Shown here piece after piece: positions 18,384 to 28,701 of a stretch of 64,000 nt of DNA. Position 1 is the first letter of the stretch. The number at the start of each line of letters is the position of its first letter. Under the pieces are notes generated by a model, which saw only the letters and a list, made by a program, of their open reading frames with translations, had not been told where the DNA came from and did no database searches. Made by a program: the position numbers and the translations under genes. The stretch comes from Negativicutes bacterium (GTDB lineage Bacteria > Bacillota > Negativicutes > UBA1444): the NCBI GenBank assembly GCA_963665275.2, contig CAXXIN010000018.1:18300-82299 (forward strand), written 5' to 3'.

Positions 18384-21300
18384 ATGAAGGCTCGAGACAA
18401 GATCGTTCATGACACCGCCAGGAAGGCCCGCCCGCTGAAACTGGCGGACATCATTGATGTTCAAACGGTTCAGAGCCTGATGGATGCTTTTTTTGAGCTG
18501 ACCCATATCGGAATCGGCATCATTGATATGGAAGGAAAAGTGTTGGTGGCGACTGGGTGGCAGGAGATCTGTATGCAGTTTCATCGGTGCAACCAGGAAA
18601 CACGCCGGCATTGCATTGAAAGCGACACCTTGTTATCGGTTGGTGTTGAACCCGGTACCTTTAAACCCTATCGATGCAAAAATGGCATGTGGGATATTTC
18701 GACGCCCATCGTAATCAGGGGCATACATCTGGGGAATATCTTTTTGGGGCAATTTTTATTTGAGGATGAACAGCCAAACTACGCTACTTTTCGCGAGCAG
18801 GCCCAACGATATGGTTTTAATGAAACGCAATATATTGAAGCCCTCGAACGGGTGCCACGATGGGAGCGAGCTACCGTGAGAAATGTGCTGGAATTTTACA
18901 CCCAACTTGCGAATCTGATCGCGGTGCAAGGAGTAAGGAATGCTGAACTTGCCGAGTCGGTGGATGTGCGCCAACGGGCGGAAGCGGCACTGATAGAGGC
19001 AAACAATTGGCTGGAGGCCGAGGTGGCCGTTAGAACCCGGGCCTTGACCGTTTCCAATGAAGAACTGACATTAATGAATGAAGAAGTAAAAGCGATCAAT
19101 GACGAGGTTACTTCGCTAAACCTGGAGCTGCAAAATATTAAAGGTACACTGGAGCAGCGTATTGCGGAACGAACTGCGGAGCTGACGGCAACACATAATG
19201 CGCTTGCTGCGCAATATCTGGAATTTCGACAGACACAGGAAAAATTGCATGAACAGGAAACTAGCTATTTTGCCGTAGTTCAAAATCTGGCAGACGGAGT
19301 TGCCTTGCGTGATCAATCGGACCGCATTCTGTATGCAAATCAGGCTTTTGCCGAGATGGTCCAGGCGGATGATCCTGACAGCTTACGCGGAAAATATTAT
19401 TCGGAGTTCGTTCCAATGGAGGAGCGTGAAGAAACTTATCGTCGTACGGACAGTATTTTCAAAGGCGCCAAAATTCCGTGGAGGGAACATCGCCTGATCG
19501 GTTTGCGTCGCCAGACTACCTTTGTCGTTTCCATAGGACTTTTGGTTGAGCAGGGTGGGGATCCTTGTATCATGTCAGTATTCCATGACGTCACCGACGT
19601 GAAAAGCAAGGAGGCTATGTTGCAACGCAATGCTGCAGTACAGACGGTGCTGCGGGGCATTGCCGATGCTGCGTTGTTGAACGATTCACTGGATAATGTT
19701 TATGTGACGATGCATTGTCTTATAAAAAGAATTCTGCCTGCGCAGAATTTTTATATTACCTTGCTTGATGAAACGACCGGAGAGATCAAGGTTCCTTACT
19801 GCGTGGATGAGACACGGACCGTTCCGGCGAGCAGGCCAATCAGCAAAGGCTTGACAGAATATATCATAAGTGAGGGGAAGACTGTCCTGCTGAGTGCTGC
19901 AGACCTTTCCCGCTTGCAGTCAGCTGGCGAAATAGTGTATTTTTTCCCCCAAGAGCAGGATTGGTTGGGAGCGCCCTTGGTGGACGTGCACGGAAAAATT
20001 TTTGGGGTTCTTGCTATTTTTGCTAATAATAGCACAGAAAGTTTTCAAAATGACGCAGTCGAGGTCATGTCGATTATAGCTGCACAGATTTCTTTGCTAA
20101 TCCAACGTAAACACGTGGAACACGAATTGATGCAGAATGAGGCGCGCTATCGGGCGGTTATGGAACAGGGAGCCGACGCGGTGATACTCTGTGATCCCGT
20201 TAGTGGAAAACTTCTTGAAGCCAACACCCGCTTCACGCAGATGTCCGGATACGATTTATTGCGCGATGGGCCTTTGACGCTATCTGATCTCCTTGCCGAT
20301 ACACGTGACAATATTCAGGCGTATCAGGATGAGTTGAAACGGACCGGTTTTCTGCCACCCGAACGACGCTCTGGCTACCATAAGAGTGGGAGGATAGTGA
20401 CGGTCGAGCGGACCTGCACCTTTATCCGCTACCGGGATCGCAGTTTGATCGCAGTGAATATGAGAGATGTGAGCGAAGAGGTTCGTCGCGAGCAGGAAAT
20501 CAACCGGGATGCCAAAATGGCCAATAAAGTCCAGCATGCATTGCTATCCAAACTAAATCCCTCCCCGTATCTTGAGGTTTCCACAATTTATGCGCCCCTC
20601 AGCTACGTGGGCGGGGATCTTTATTTCATGGATTGGCGTTATGATGCTCAAGTACTGCGGGGGTTTCTCATCGATACAACGGGACATGGACTGGCCACTG
20701 CTCTACATACGTCGGCCATGCATGTATTATTGCGCGAAATCAACGAAATGGATCTACCACTCCTTGAACAGATACAGACCCTCAATGAGCGGCTGTTGCA
20801 GTATTTCGATGCAGGCACTTTCGCTGGAGCGCTAGCTTTCGAGCTGGACCTACAGACCCGCGAGCTGCGCTGGGTGAGCGCCGGGATCCCCAAAATATGG
20901 GCAGCGACCCAACAGATACAGGGAACCATCATAACGCCGGGGATGTTTCTAGGGGTACAGTCCGATGAATCGTTTGAAATGAAAAATTTGTCAGTGAATA
21001 TTGGAGACTGCTTCTACTTCATGACGGATGGCATTACCGATCAGTTAAGTGATGATACGATTCTGCCCCTGGGGCGCTACCATGAGATGGTCGACTATTT
21101 GCACGCGTCCGTTCATTCAGAAAATTGCCGGGACGATTCGACCGCCATCTGTATCAGAGTGGCCGCATTGCCGCAAACGTCGGCGACCCGCGTGGGATGG
21201 CCCCGAATTATCCGCTTCAATGGCTATGGTGATTATCAACGACTCAAGGGGGAAGTGGCCGGTGTATTGACAGAGATTATTGGCTGGCCGCATTCTCTGG

Positions 21301-21629
21301 TGGAAGTGGCCGTGAATGAAGCCATCGCCAATGCCATGGAGTGTAGAGACGGGGTGCCGCGACCCCATCAGGCCAGGCTACGGTTCAATCATTTTGGCAG
21401 CAGGCTTGTTGTACGGGTCAGGAGTTCCCGCATGGGATTTGCCGGGAACGCGATGTTGCGACGGTTACGGGCCAATCCTCAGGATATATTTGCGTTTGGT
21501 GAAGATGCCGGAATGGGCCGCGGAATTCCCATCATGTTGACCGTCGCAGATCAGATGCTTTACAATAGTGAAGGCAATGAAGTGCTGCTGGCATGGAAAC
21601 TTGGTTCGAATCGTCTCAGAGTGATGTGA
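18384..21629 (+). CDS. multidomain sensor: PocR - coiled coil - PAS - GAF - PAS - PP2C (SpoIIE) phosphatase - RsbW-like HATPase
   Basis: PocR-type N-terminus (GIGIIDMEGKVLVATGWQEICMQFHRCNQETRRHCIESD). SpoIIE motifs VGGDLYFMDW...FLIDTTGHGLATAL...FYFMTDGITD. The C-terminus EVAVNEAIANAMEC...GMGRGIPIM is HATPase_c_2-like. Confidence 0.8.
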   Translation: MKARDKIVHDTARKARPLKLADIIDVQTVQSLMDAFFELTHIGIGIIDMEGKVLVATGWQEICMQFHRCNQETRRHCIESDTLLSVGVEPGTFKPYRCKNGMWDISTPIVIRGIHLGNIFLGQFLFEDEQPNYATFREQAQRYGFNETQYIEALERVPRWERATVRNVLEFYTQLANLIAVQGVRNAELAESVDVRQRAEAALIEANNWLEAEVAVRTRALTVSNEELTLMNEEVKAINDEVTSLNLELQNIKGTLEQRIAERTAELTATHNALAAQYLEFRQTQEKLHEQETSYFAVVQNLADGVALRDQSDRILYANQAFAEMVQADDPDSLRGKYYSEFVPMEEREETYRRTDSIFKGAKIPWREHRLIGLRRQTTFVVSIGLLVEQGGDPCIMSVFHDVTDVKSKEAMLQRNAAVQTVLRGIADAALLNDSLDNVYVTMHCLIKRILPAQNFYITLLDETTGEIKVPYCVDETRTVPASRPISKGLTEYIISEGKTVLLSAADLSRLQSAGEIVYFFPQEQDWLGAPLVDVHGKIFGVLAIFANNSTESFQNDAVEVMSIIAAQISLLIQRKHVEHELMQNEARYRAVMEQGADAVILCDPVSGKLLEANTRFTQMSGYDLLRDGPLTLSDLLADTRDNIQAYQDELKRTGFLPPERRSGYHKSGRIVTVERTCTFIRYRDRSLIAVNMRDVSEEVRREQEINRDAKMANKVQHALLSKLNPSPYLEVSTIYAPLSYVGGDLYFMDWRYDAQVLRGFLIDTTGHGLATALHTSAMHVLLREINEMDLPLLEQIQTLNERLLQYFDAGTFAGALAFELDLQTRELRWVSAGIPKIWAATQQIQGTIITPGMFLGVQSDESFEMKNLSVNIGDCFYFMTDGITDQLSDDTILPLGRYHEMVDYLHASVHSENCRDDSTAICIRVAALPQTSATRVGWPRIIRFNGYGDYQRLKGEVAGVLTEIIGWPHSLVEVAVNEAIANAMECRDGVPRPHQARLRFNHFGSRLVVRVRSSRMGFAGNAMLRRLRANPQDIFAFGEDAGMGRGIPIMLTVADQMLYNSEGNEVLLAWKLGSNRLRVM

Positions 21630-21673
21630 TATAATATACTCAGAACATTAAAAATTTCGGGAGGTGCATCACC

Positions 21674-22132
21674 GTGACACGAATACGGAAAATATTGGTG
21701 GCGTATGATGGGTCTGCCCAAAGCAAAGAGGCGCTTGATTGGGCCATCGACCTAAGTTTGATGACCAAAGCACAGGTTATGGTGGTAAAGGTTATTGAAA
21801 TGATGTCTCTGCGCGAGATGACCGATTTGTATGAAGGCGGAGCACACGCTGATCTCTTGGTTGCTAAAATTGAGGAAATCCAAAAAGCTGATCAGAAATT
21901 GCTGGAAGACGCGATCAACGCAGTGGGTCAAAGAAAGGGAGTCGCTATAACAACAGCACTGCTTCATGGCAATGTGGCGGCGGCAATCATTGAGTTCTCC
22001 AAAGAAAATGACGTAGATTTAATTGTCGTCGGGACCAAAGGACATGGTGTTCTGGAAGAGTTGCTGATGGGCAGCGTGACCCGTAATTTGGTCAGCTTGT
22101 CGCGCATCCCGGTTCTGGTGGTTAAAGATTAA
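21674..22132 (+). CDS. universal stress protein
   Basis: KILVAYDGS...GTKGHGVLEELLMGSVTRNLVSLSRIPVLVVKD, a paralogue of the domains at 6555-7466. Confidence 0.85.
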   Translation: MTRIRKILVAYDGSAQSKEALDWAIDLSLMTKAQVMVVKVIEMMSLREMTDLYEGGAHADLLVAKIEEIQKADQKLLEDAINAVGQRKGVAITTALLHGNVAAAIIEFSKENDVDLIVVGTKGHGVLEELLMGSVTRNLVSLSRIPVLVVKD

Positions 22133-22171
22133 CTCCAATGGGATCAGTTCCGCTCCGGGTAATCGGCGAAA

Positions 22172-22208
22172 AGCTCCAGACCACTAAAATGGTCGGGGGC
22201 TTTTGTTT
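22172..22208 (+). terminator. intrinsic terminator after usp
   Basis: Stem AGCTCCAGACC/GGTCGGGGGCT followed by TTTTGTTT. Confidence 0.6.
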
Positions 22209-22241
22209 GAATCAGTGAAAGCAGAGGGAGGAAAGCGATTC

Positions 22242-22418
22242 ATGAGAAATATTGAAATGACTACCGAAGGCAACATTCTGACAATCAAGGTGGACCTGAG
22301 CCAACGTTTTGGCAAGTCCAGCAGTGGCAAGTCTACTATTATCGCCAGTACAGAAGGCAATGTATCGGTTCCGGGAAATGAAGAAATCAAAATTGGCTTG
22401 AACATATATACGAAGTAA
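22242..22418 (+). CDS. small hypothetical protein (58 aa)
   Basis: GAGGGAGG RBS lies 9 nt upstream of the ATG at 22242. Translation MRNIEMTTEGNILTIKVDLSQRFGKSSSGKSTIIASTEGNVSV..., sitting directly upstream of the thrC-like gene. Confidence 0.45.
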   Translation: MRNIEMTTEGNILTIKVDLSQRFGKSSSGKSTIIASTEGNVSVPGNEEIKIGLNIYTK

Positions 22419-22432
22419 AGGAACGGGATAGG

Positions 22433-23422
22433 ATGCATTTTTATTGTTCAGATTGCGGCAAGGTTTATCCAATTGAGGGGTTGGCATATCAGTGCGAGTG
22501 CGGCGGCCTGTTCAAACTTTATAAGGACAAGGACGCGCACGTTTCTGCAGCCGTGTCCCTGGGCGAAATGACTACACCTATGGTGAAGCGGACCCTGCAG
22601 GGACGGCAAGTTTGGCTAAAAGTTGATTATATGCAACCAACGGGGTCGTTCAAGGACCGTGGCGCATTGGTTATGATGAATAAGCTGAAAGAATTGGGCA
22701 TAACGGAAGTGGTGGAAGATTCCTCCGGCAATGCCGGGGCCGCGATTGCCGGTTATTGCGCAGCGGCAGGCATCAAATGCAGCATCTATCTGCCGGAAGA
22801 TACTTCGTCAGGAAAAATAAAGCAGATCAATGCATATAAGGCCACTGTGGTAAAGATTCCAGGCGCGCGCGATGATGTAGCGAAAGCAATACAAATAGCG
22901 GCTGAAACTACTTATTATGCGTCGCATGTTTATAATCCGCTGTTTTTTGAAGGGACCAAGTCGTTGGCTTACGAGATTAATGAGCAGGTAGGGATTCCCG
23001 ACTATGTGGTAGTACCTGTCGGAAATGGAACCATGCTGCTCGGCGTGTTCCAAGGCTTCAAAGAAATAGGCAGGATTCCTCGTATTATTGCAGTACAGAG
23101 TGAAAACTGCGCCCCGGTTTACTGCAAGTTCCAGCATTGTCCGGCGAGCGAGATTAAAAAAACAGTCGCTGAAGGGATCGCGGTCGGAACACCGAAAAGA
23201 ATTGATGAGTTGATCGCGGCGGTGGAAGAAAGCCGGGGCGATTTTATCACAGTGGATGATGCGAGTGTAACGAGTGCGCAACAACTGCTGGGCTCAATGG
23301 GGTTTTATATTGAAGCGACTTCGGGCGCGGCTGTCGCCGGAATGCTGCAATACTTTGAAACAGCGGCAACAGAACGGTTCAAAATAGTAGTCCCGTTAAC
23401 CGGGATGGGGCTAAAAAAGTAA
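22433..23422 (+). CDS. threonine synthase-like PLP-dependent enzyme (short form with N-terminal zinc ribbon)
   Basis: CSDCG...CECGG N-terminus and PLP-lysine motif PTGSFKDRGA; 329 aa. Confidence 0.75.
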   Translation: MHFYCSDCGKVYPIEGLAYQCECGGLFKLYKDKDAHVSAAVSLGEMTTPMVKRTLQGRQVWLKVDYMQPTGSFKDRGALVMMNKLKELGITEVVEDSSGNAGAAIAGYCAAAGIKCSIYLPEDTSSGKIKQINAYKATVVKIPGARDDVAKAIQIAAETTYYASHVYNPLFFEGTKSLAYEINEQVGIPDYVVVPVGNGTMLLGVFQGFKEIGRIPRIIAVQSENCAPVYCKFQHCPASEIKKTVAEGIAVGTPKRIDELIAAVEESRGDFITVDDASVTSAQQLLGSMGFYIEATSGAAVAGMLQYFETAATERFKIVVPLTGMGLKK

Positions 23423-23456
23423 GTCTGCCAATGAAATCGGTATGAGCGAAAATTAA

Positions 23457-23500
23457 GAGAAAAGCCGTCTAACCTAACCGAAGGTCCGACGGCTTTTCTC
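23457..23500. terminator. bidirectional terminator hairpin
   Basis: 13-bp stem GAGAAAAGCCGTC/GACGGCTTTTCTC between the convergent thrC-like and cheV genes. Confidence 0.7.
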
Positions 23501-23530
23501 TTACAAGTTCGATATTAGATGGTATAAGTT

Positions 23531-24436
23531 TCACTGCGTGGCAATCTTTTGATCCACAATTCCGATGAGTTGTTCAATTTCCGGTTTGGTAATCTGAGCA
23601 AAAGCGCCGAGAGTTTGCCCTTTTAGTCGCATTTCCTCATTGATCAGGGAAGAGAAGATCACGACCGGCAAATCCTTTAATCTTGGGTGGCTTTTGATGC
23701 GTTTTGTCAGGTGATGACCATCCATTTGAGGCATTTCGATATCAGTGATGATGAGCTGAATCTGGTCGGTAACGGGCTTTTCCGAATCAGCGATAGCTTC
23801 GAGCTTGGTCCAAGCTTCCAAACCATTTTCATTGCTGATGGTGTTATATCCGGCAGTATGAAGGGTGCCGAGCAACAAGTCGCGCAACATACGGGAATCT
23901 TCCGCGATCAGAATCGTTTTCTTCTGACGGAGTTGGACGAGTTCCGGAGTAGAAAGAGGGACCGCTGTCATTTTTTTATTCATTTCGGGGTTCACATCTG
24001 CCAGGATTTTTTCGAAGTCAAGCAAGATGATCATCCGATCCTGCATCTTCACAATTCCGACGACCAGATCCGAACCGGCGAGTTGCGGTGCTGGTTCCAT
24101 CTGGGTCCATGAGATGCGGTGAATTCGATACACGGCATCGACTTTGAATCCAACATGATAGTTGTTGATTTCGCATACGATAATTTTAAAGTCGTCGGAT
24201 GTCGCCGGTGCGTTTAAACTGCGGGCGAGATTGACCAAAGGCATAACCCGGGAGCGTAACGTAAAGACTCCATCCAGATTCGGATGGGACCTGGCGATGA
24301 ACGTGACAGGAACGGCGTTGATAACTTCCCGGACTTTCGCCACATTCAGACCATAGTAGACATCGCCGACTGAAAACTCGATGATTTCAAATTCATTGGT
24401 GCCTGATTCCAGCAAAATTCCTTTATTATCGGCCAT
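23531..24436 (-). CDS. cheV: chemotaxis coupling protein CheV (CheW domain + receiver)
   Basis: N-terminal CheW-like domain (EFEIIEFSVGDVYYGLNVAKVREV) and C-terminal REC (ILIAEDSRMLR...DIEMPQMDG). GGAGG RBS precedes the ATG at 24436. Confidence 0.85.
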   Translation of the reverse strand: MADNKGILLESGTNEFEIIEFSVGDVYYGLNVAKVREVINAVPVTFIARSHPNLDGVFTLRSRVMPLVNLARSLNAPATSDDFKIIVCEINNYHVGFKVDAVYRIHRISWTQMEPAPQLAGSDLVVGIVKMQDRMIILLDFEKILADVNPEMNKKMTAVPLSTPELVQLRQKKTILIAEDSRMLRDLLLGTLHTAGYNTISNENGLEAWTKLEAIADSEKPVTDQIQLIITDIEMPQMDGHHLTKRIKSHPRLKDLPVVIFSSLINEEMRLKGQTLGAFAQITKPEIEQLIGIVDQKIATQ

Positions 24437-24505
24437 GGAAACCTCCAACACTTTTGCAAGTTCTCTTTAGTTATTAATTATTCGCGTTGGGTGTTAAAAA
24501 CCCTT

Positions 24506-27500
24506 TTATTTCTGAGCGGATGTTACAGGAGTATCCGGGTGAATCTTGAACCAGGCAGCGTACATTACCGGCAAAACAAGAAGGGTTAAGACCGTAGCTC
24601 CGAATAACCCCCCAGCGATGGCAATGGCCATTGGTCCCCAGAAGGTGCTCGGCATTAGAGGCATCATGCCCAGTATTGCTGCTGCGGCCGTGAGCATGAT
24701 TGGTCGGAAACGCAACACCGCTGAATTGATGATGGCGTCCCAGGGCGCCTGCCCGTCGGCAATGTGTTTTTCAATCTGATCCAGCAATATAACTGAGTTT
24801 CGGATAATCATGCCGCTCAACGCTAAAATGCCAAGCTCGGCAACAAACCCAATAGGTTTGAATGTAACGAGCATTAATATGGAAACACCAATGATCCCAA
24901 GTGGAGCGGTTAATAACGCAAGCAGCATCAGAGAGACTTTTTGCAACTGCAACATGAGCAGAAATACGATGATCAGAACCATGACAGGGACTGGTTGCAA
25001 GAGGTAGCCGATGGAGTTTTTGCTGTTCTCCAAGGAACCGCCGACATTGATGCTGTAGCCTGGCGGTAAGGATTGCCGCAGGGAAGCAAGCTCTGCGTAT
25101 ATTTTTTTAGTAGCGTCGTTTCCGGTGATGCTGTTTTGCAGTTCGGCCTGTACGGTGATGGTCGGTTTTAGGTTGCGACGCCAGATCAGGCCATCCTCAC
25201 TGTCGTAGCTGATTTTAGCGATCTGACTGAGAGGAACGAATTTTCCGCTGCCAATATGGATGGGCAGATCCTTGATGCGCGACAGATCTTTACGGTCCTG
25301 GGGATTCATTCGAAAAACGATGGCGACGGTTTTATCCTCTTGCCGAAATTCTGCGATAGCCGCGCCGGAGAGTTGCATTTGCAGGCTGGTAGCCAGGGAT
25401 TGGTTATCGATGCCGAGCATTCTGGCCTTGTCTTGATCTATGGCGAGATGCATGATTTTATTTTTTTCGTTCCAATCGAAGTTGACATCTTTCAGATAAG
25501 GTTTGGCGTTCATTACAGCTCCGACTTTTTGTGCGATTTCCTTCGTTTTGTCATGATCGATGCCGCTGACTCGCAGCATTACTGGATAAGCGGAGGGGGG
25601 ACCGGTTTGCAACAGTTTGACATGACTGCGAACCTCTGAAAACTTTTCCGCCAAAATCCCATTTGCCTTTTCGTTTATCCTGTTTCTCGCCGCCAGATCT
25701 TTTGCAACAAAAATGAACTGTGCATAGGTATTGTTTGGAAGAGTAGGTTCGCTGGTCAATACAAAACGTGGGGCGCCTTCGCCGACATGGTAGCTATAAC
25801 CAACTAAGTCGGGGTCGTTCTCAAATTCTTTGGCGAAACGAGCGGCCTCGGCCTCTGTCGCCCGGATGGCCGAACCTTCCGGCATGTTCATTTCCACAAT
25901 GATTTCTTTGCGCAGTGAGGGCGGGAAAAATTCCTGCCGAATTAATTGGAAGAGGAAAATGGAACCAACAAAGCAGGCGAGAGTGAGGACAAGAACAAGT
26001 TTGCGTCGCTCCAAACACCAAGTCAAGGTACTACGAAATTTGCGGTAAAATCTCGAATCATAAACATTTATAGACGGATCATGATGTTCCTGGGGTTTGA
26101 TTAATTTATAGCCCAACAGGGGAGTGACGATGACAGATACAAACCAGGACAGCACTAGTGCAATGGTGATGACCGTGAATAGGCTGCTGGAAAATTCTGC
26201 GGCGTTTCCTTTGGCAAAACCGATGGGGATGAACCCGGCGCAGGTAATTAGTGTACCTGTCAACATGGGGAGGGCAGTTGCGGTATACGCATAGCAGGCG
26301 GCATCGTACCGACTCCAGCCTTGTTCGAGCTTTACCGACATCATTTCAATCGCGATGATAGCGTCATCGACCAATAATCCGAGTGAGATGATCAGTGCGC
26401 CCAGAGAAACTTTGTGGAGGTCGATACCTGCAACTTTCATGCAGGCAAAGACCCCGGCCAGCACCAACGGGATGCATAAAGCAACTACGATGCCTGAGCG
26501 TAGTCCCAGGCTGATGAAACTAACAATCAGCACGATGACTACGGCTTCAAGTAACGATTTGATAAATTCACCAATTGAATCATCCACGATATCAGGTTGA
26601 TTGGATACTTGTCCAATTTCCAGACCGAGAGGCAGATCAATTTTGATCTGCTCAATAGCCTTATCCAGATCATCGCCGAGTTTGAGGATGTTACCACCTT
26701 TATCCATGGACAAGGCAATACCGACGGCGGGTTTTCCGTTGTAGAACATTTTGGGGTCTGGTGGATCAACGAAACCGCTTGTCACGGTGGCAATATCGCC
26801 AAGCCGAAAAGTGCGGCCGCCAGCTCTTACAGGGATTTTTCGGACGTTTTCAATATCTTCGAACATGCCGCTGACCCGAAGGTACACATTATCTGAAGAG
26901 GTTTCGACCATGCCGGAGGCCGTCATGGAATTTTGTGTTTTGATTGCCGCAATCAGCAGATTGGGATCAATCCCCATTTGGGAAAGTTTACTGCTCTCCA
27001 TCTCAATGAAGATTTTCTCAGCCTGGACGCCGACCAATTGGACTTTTTTTACATTGGGTACGCCAAGCAAGATGCGTCGAATCGTTTCGGCCTGTGAGCG
27101 TAGTTCCTCGTAATTAAACCCGTCTCCAGTCAAGGCGTATATGGACCCGAATACATCGTCGAAACGATCGTTGAAGAAGGGCCCGACGACTCCGCTGGGA
27201 AAGCTTGTCTTCACGTCGTTAACCATGTTACGGACTTCCAGCCAAGTCGGACGAATATCTTTTTCTGGCGTTGTTTCCTTTAGAACTACATAAATGATAG
27301 CTTGACCTGGTCGTGAGAAACTTTTAAGGTAATCGATCCCAGGAGTATCCTGGAGCTTTTTTTCGATTTTGTCGGTAACCTGTTCTTCAACTTCCCTGGC
27401 ACTGGCGCCTGGCCATGCAACAGAAACGACCATTTGGCGGATGACAAAATCCGGGTCTTCCATGCGGCCTAATTGTCGATAGGAGAAAATTCCGGCGATG

Positions 27501-27574
27501 AAGATCATGGCAATGGTAAAATACACAAACTCCTTGTGGCGAAACGCCAATTCGGTCAGGTTGAAATTTTTCAC
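24506..27574 (-). CDS. RND efflux transporter permease (AcrB family)
   Basis: 1022 aa with 12-TM/2-loop architecture and typical AcrB N-terminus FRHKEFVYFTIAMIFIAGIFSY. Confidence 0.9.
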   Translation of the reverse strand: MKNFNLTELAFRHKEFVYFTIAMIFIAGIFSYRQLGRMEDPDFVIRQMVVSVAWPGASAREVEEQVTDKIEKKLQDTPGIDYLKSFSRPGQAIIYVVLKETTPEKDIRPTWLEVRNMVNDVKTSFPSGVVGPFFNDRFDDVFGSIYALTGDGFNYEELRSQAETIRRILLGVPNVKKVQLVGVQAEKIFIEMESSKLSQMGIDPNLLIAAIKTQNSMTASGMVETSSDNVYLRVSGMFEDIENVRKIPVRAGGRTFRLGDIATVTSGFVDPPDPKMFYNGKPAVGIALSMDKGGNILKLGDDLDKAIEQIKIDLPLGLEIGQVSNQPDIVDDSIGEFIKSLLEAVVIVLIVSFISLGLRSGIVVALCIPLVLAGVFACMKVAGIDLHKVSLGALIISLGLLVDDAIIAIEMMSVKLEQGWSRYDAACYAYTATALPMLTGTLITCAGFIPIGFAKGNAAEFSSSLFTVITIALVLSWFVSVIVTPLLGYKLIKPQEHHDPSINVYDSRFYRKFRSTLTWCLERRKLVLVLTLACFVGSIFLFQLIRQEFFPPSLRKEIIVEMNMPEGSAIRATEAEAARFAKEFENDPDLVGYSYHVGEGAPRFVLTSEPTLPNNTYAQFIFVAKDLAARNRINEKANGILAEKFSEVRSHVKLLQTGPPSAYPVMLRVSGIDHDKTKEIAQKVGAVMNAKPYLKDVNFDWNEKNKIMHLAIDQDKARMLGIDNQSLATSLQMQLSGAAIAEFRQEDKTVAIVFRMNPQDRKDLSRIKDLPIHIGSGKFVPLSQIAKISYDSEDGLIWRRNLKPTITVQAELQNSITGNDATKKIYAELASLRQSLPPGYSINVGGSLENSKNSIGYLLQPVPVMVLIIVFLLMLQLQKVSLMLLALLTAPLGIIGVSILMLVTFKPIGFVAELGILALSGMIIRNSVILLDQIEKHIADGQAPWDAIINSAVLRFRPIMLTAAAAILGMMPLMPSTFWGPMAIAIAGGLFGATVLTLLVLPVMYAAWFKIHPDTPVTSAQK

Positions 27575-28683
27575 TTTTCGTCACCGTCCAACCGAACTTT
27601 TTGACCTTCTTTTAATTTATGCACGCCTGCGGTGATGACAATCTCATCATTTTTTAGGCCGTCGAGTATTTGGACGCTTCCATCGCCAAACGCTCCGATC
27701 TTTACAGGCCGGAGCGAGGCCTCTCCACTAGTGACAACCCATACGGATGGATTGGCGCCAGTCTGATAAATGGCGGAGATCGGTACATAAGCAGCTTTAT
27801 GATTGGCTGCAACGGACGTACTGACACTAGCGGTCATGCCAAGTTTCATTTCTGGCGGTGGGTTGTTGAGATGAATACGCACTTTGTAGGTACGAGAAGT
27901 TTTATCGGCGATGGGGGAAATTTCACGTACCGTACCATCAACGATTCGATCCGGCAAGGCCCAGAAAGTAACTTTGATTTCCCGTGCGTTACGAATATCT
28001 TCGTATCGATTTTCCGGCACTTCCATTTCGATTTCGCGTTCGCCATCTTGCACCACTGTCAGTACAGCTTGACCGGCAGCGACTACTTGGCCAGCCTCCA
28101 CATTAATGCTGGAAATGACACCGGCGTTAGTGGCTCGAAGCGCAGTGTACCCAAGTTGGTTCGAACCTTGCGCATACTGGGCTGAAGCCTGACGGGCAGA
28201 GGCCGCGGCGGCGGCATAAGCGTTTTCATACTGATCGTAGATTGCGCGACTGACAGCGCCTTGTTCGTATAGAGTTTGATATCGTTTTAGGTTGGTTTCA
28301 GCCCAAGTCAACTGGGATTGGGCTGCAGCTACCTGAGCTGAAGTAATGTTCACAGTCTGCTGGACATCTTTGGGGTCGATTTCCATCAATACATCACCAA
28401 CCGACACCTTGCTGCCCAGTTCCACGTTGCGTTGAATTATTTTGCCACCGACTTGAAATGCCAGCGAGCTTTCATAACGACCGCGAACCTCACCGGAGTA
28501 GATGGCATTCTGATCGCCGCCGTTTACCTTTACCCGGATTGACCGGACTAAGGGTGGTAATTCTGCTTTGGTTTTTTTAACGGATAAATTGGCGACGAGT
28601 GAAGCGGATAATACAATCAATATGACCACAAGTGCTGTAATTATGCTTTTCTTATGCGAGTGTAGAAGTTCTTTTGTTATCAT
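27571..28683 (-). CDS. RND efflux periplasmic adaptor (membrane fusion protein)
   Basis: HlyD/AcrA-like lipoyl and coiled-coil segments. A 4-nt overlap joins it to the permease gene. Confidence 0.9.
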   Translation of the reverse strand: MITKELLHSHKKSIITALVVILIVLSASLVANLSVKKTKAELPPLVRSIRVKVNGGDQNAIYSGEVRGRYESSLAFQVGGKIIQRNVELGSKVSVGDVLMEIDPKDVQQTVNITSAQVAAAQSQLTWAETNLKRYQTLYEQGAVSRAIYDQYENAYAAAAASARQASAQYAQGSNQLGYTALRATNAGVISSINVEAGQVVAAGQAVLTVVQDGEREIEMEVPENRYEDIRNAREIKVTFWALPDRIVDGTVREISPIADKTSRTYKVRIHLNNPPPEMKLGMTASVSTSVAANHKAAYVPISAIYQTGANPSVWVVTSGEASLRPVKIGAFGDGSVQILDGLKNDEIVITAGVHKLKEGQKVRLDGDEK

Positions 28684-28701
28684 TATGAATCGTTCCCTTC
28701 A

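Noticed and set aside
21595-21625. tRNA T-loop-like GGTTCGAATC (also GGTTCGAACC at ~28158 and ~45608)
   Set aside because: All lie inside well-supported CDS (the sensor, the adaptor protein and kdpC). They lack acceptor, D and anticodon arm complementarity, so they are not tRNA genes.
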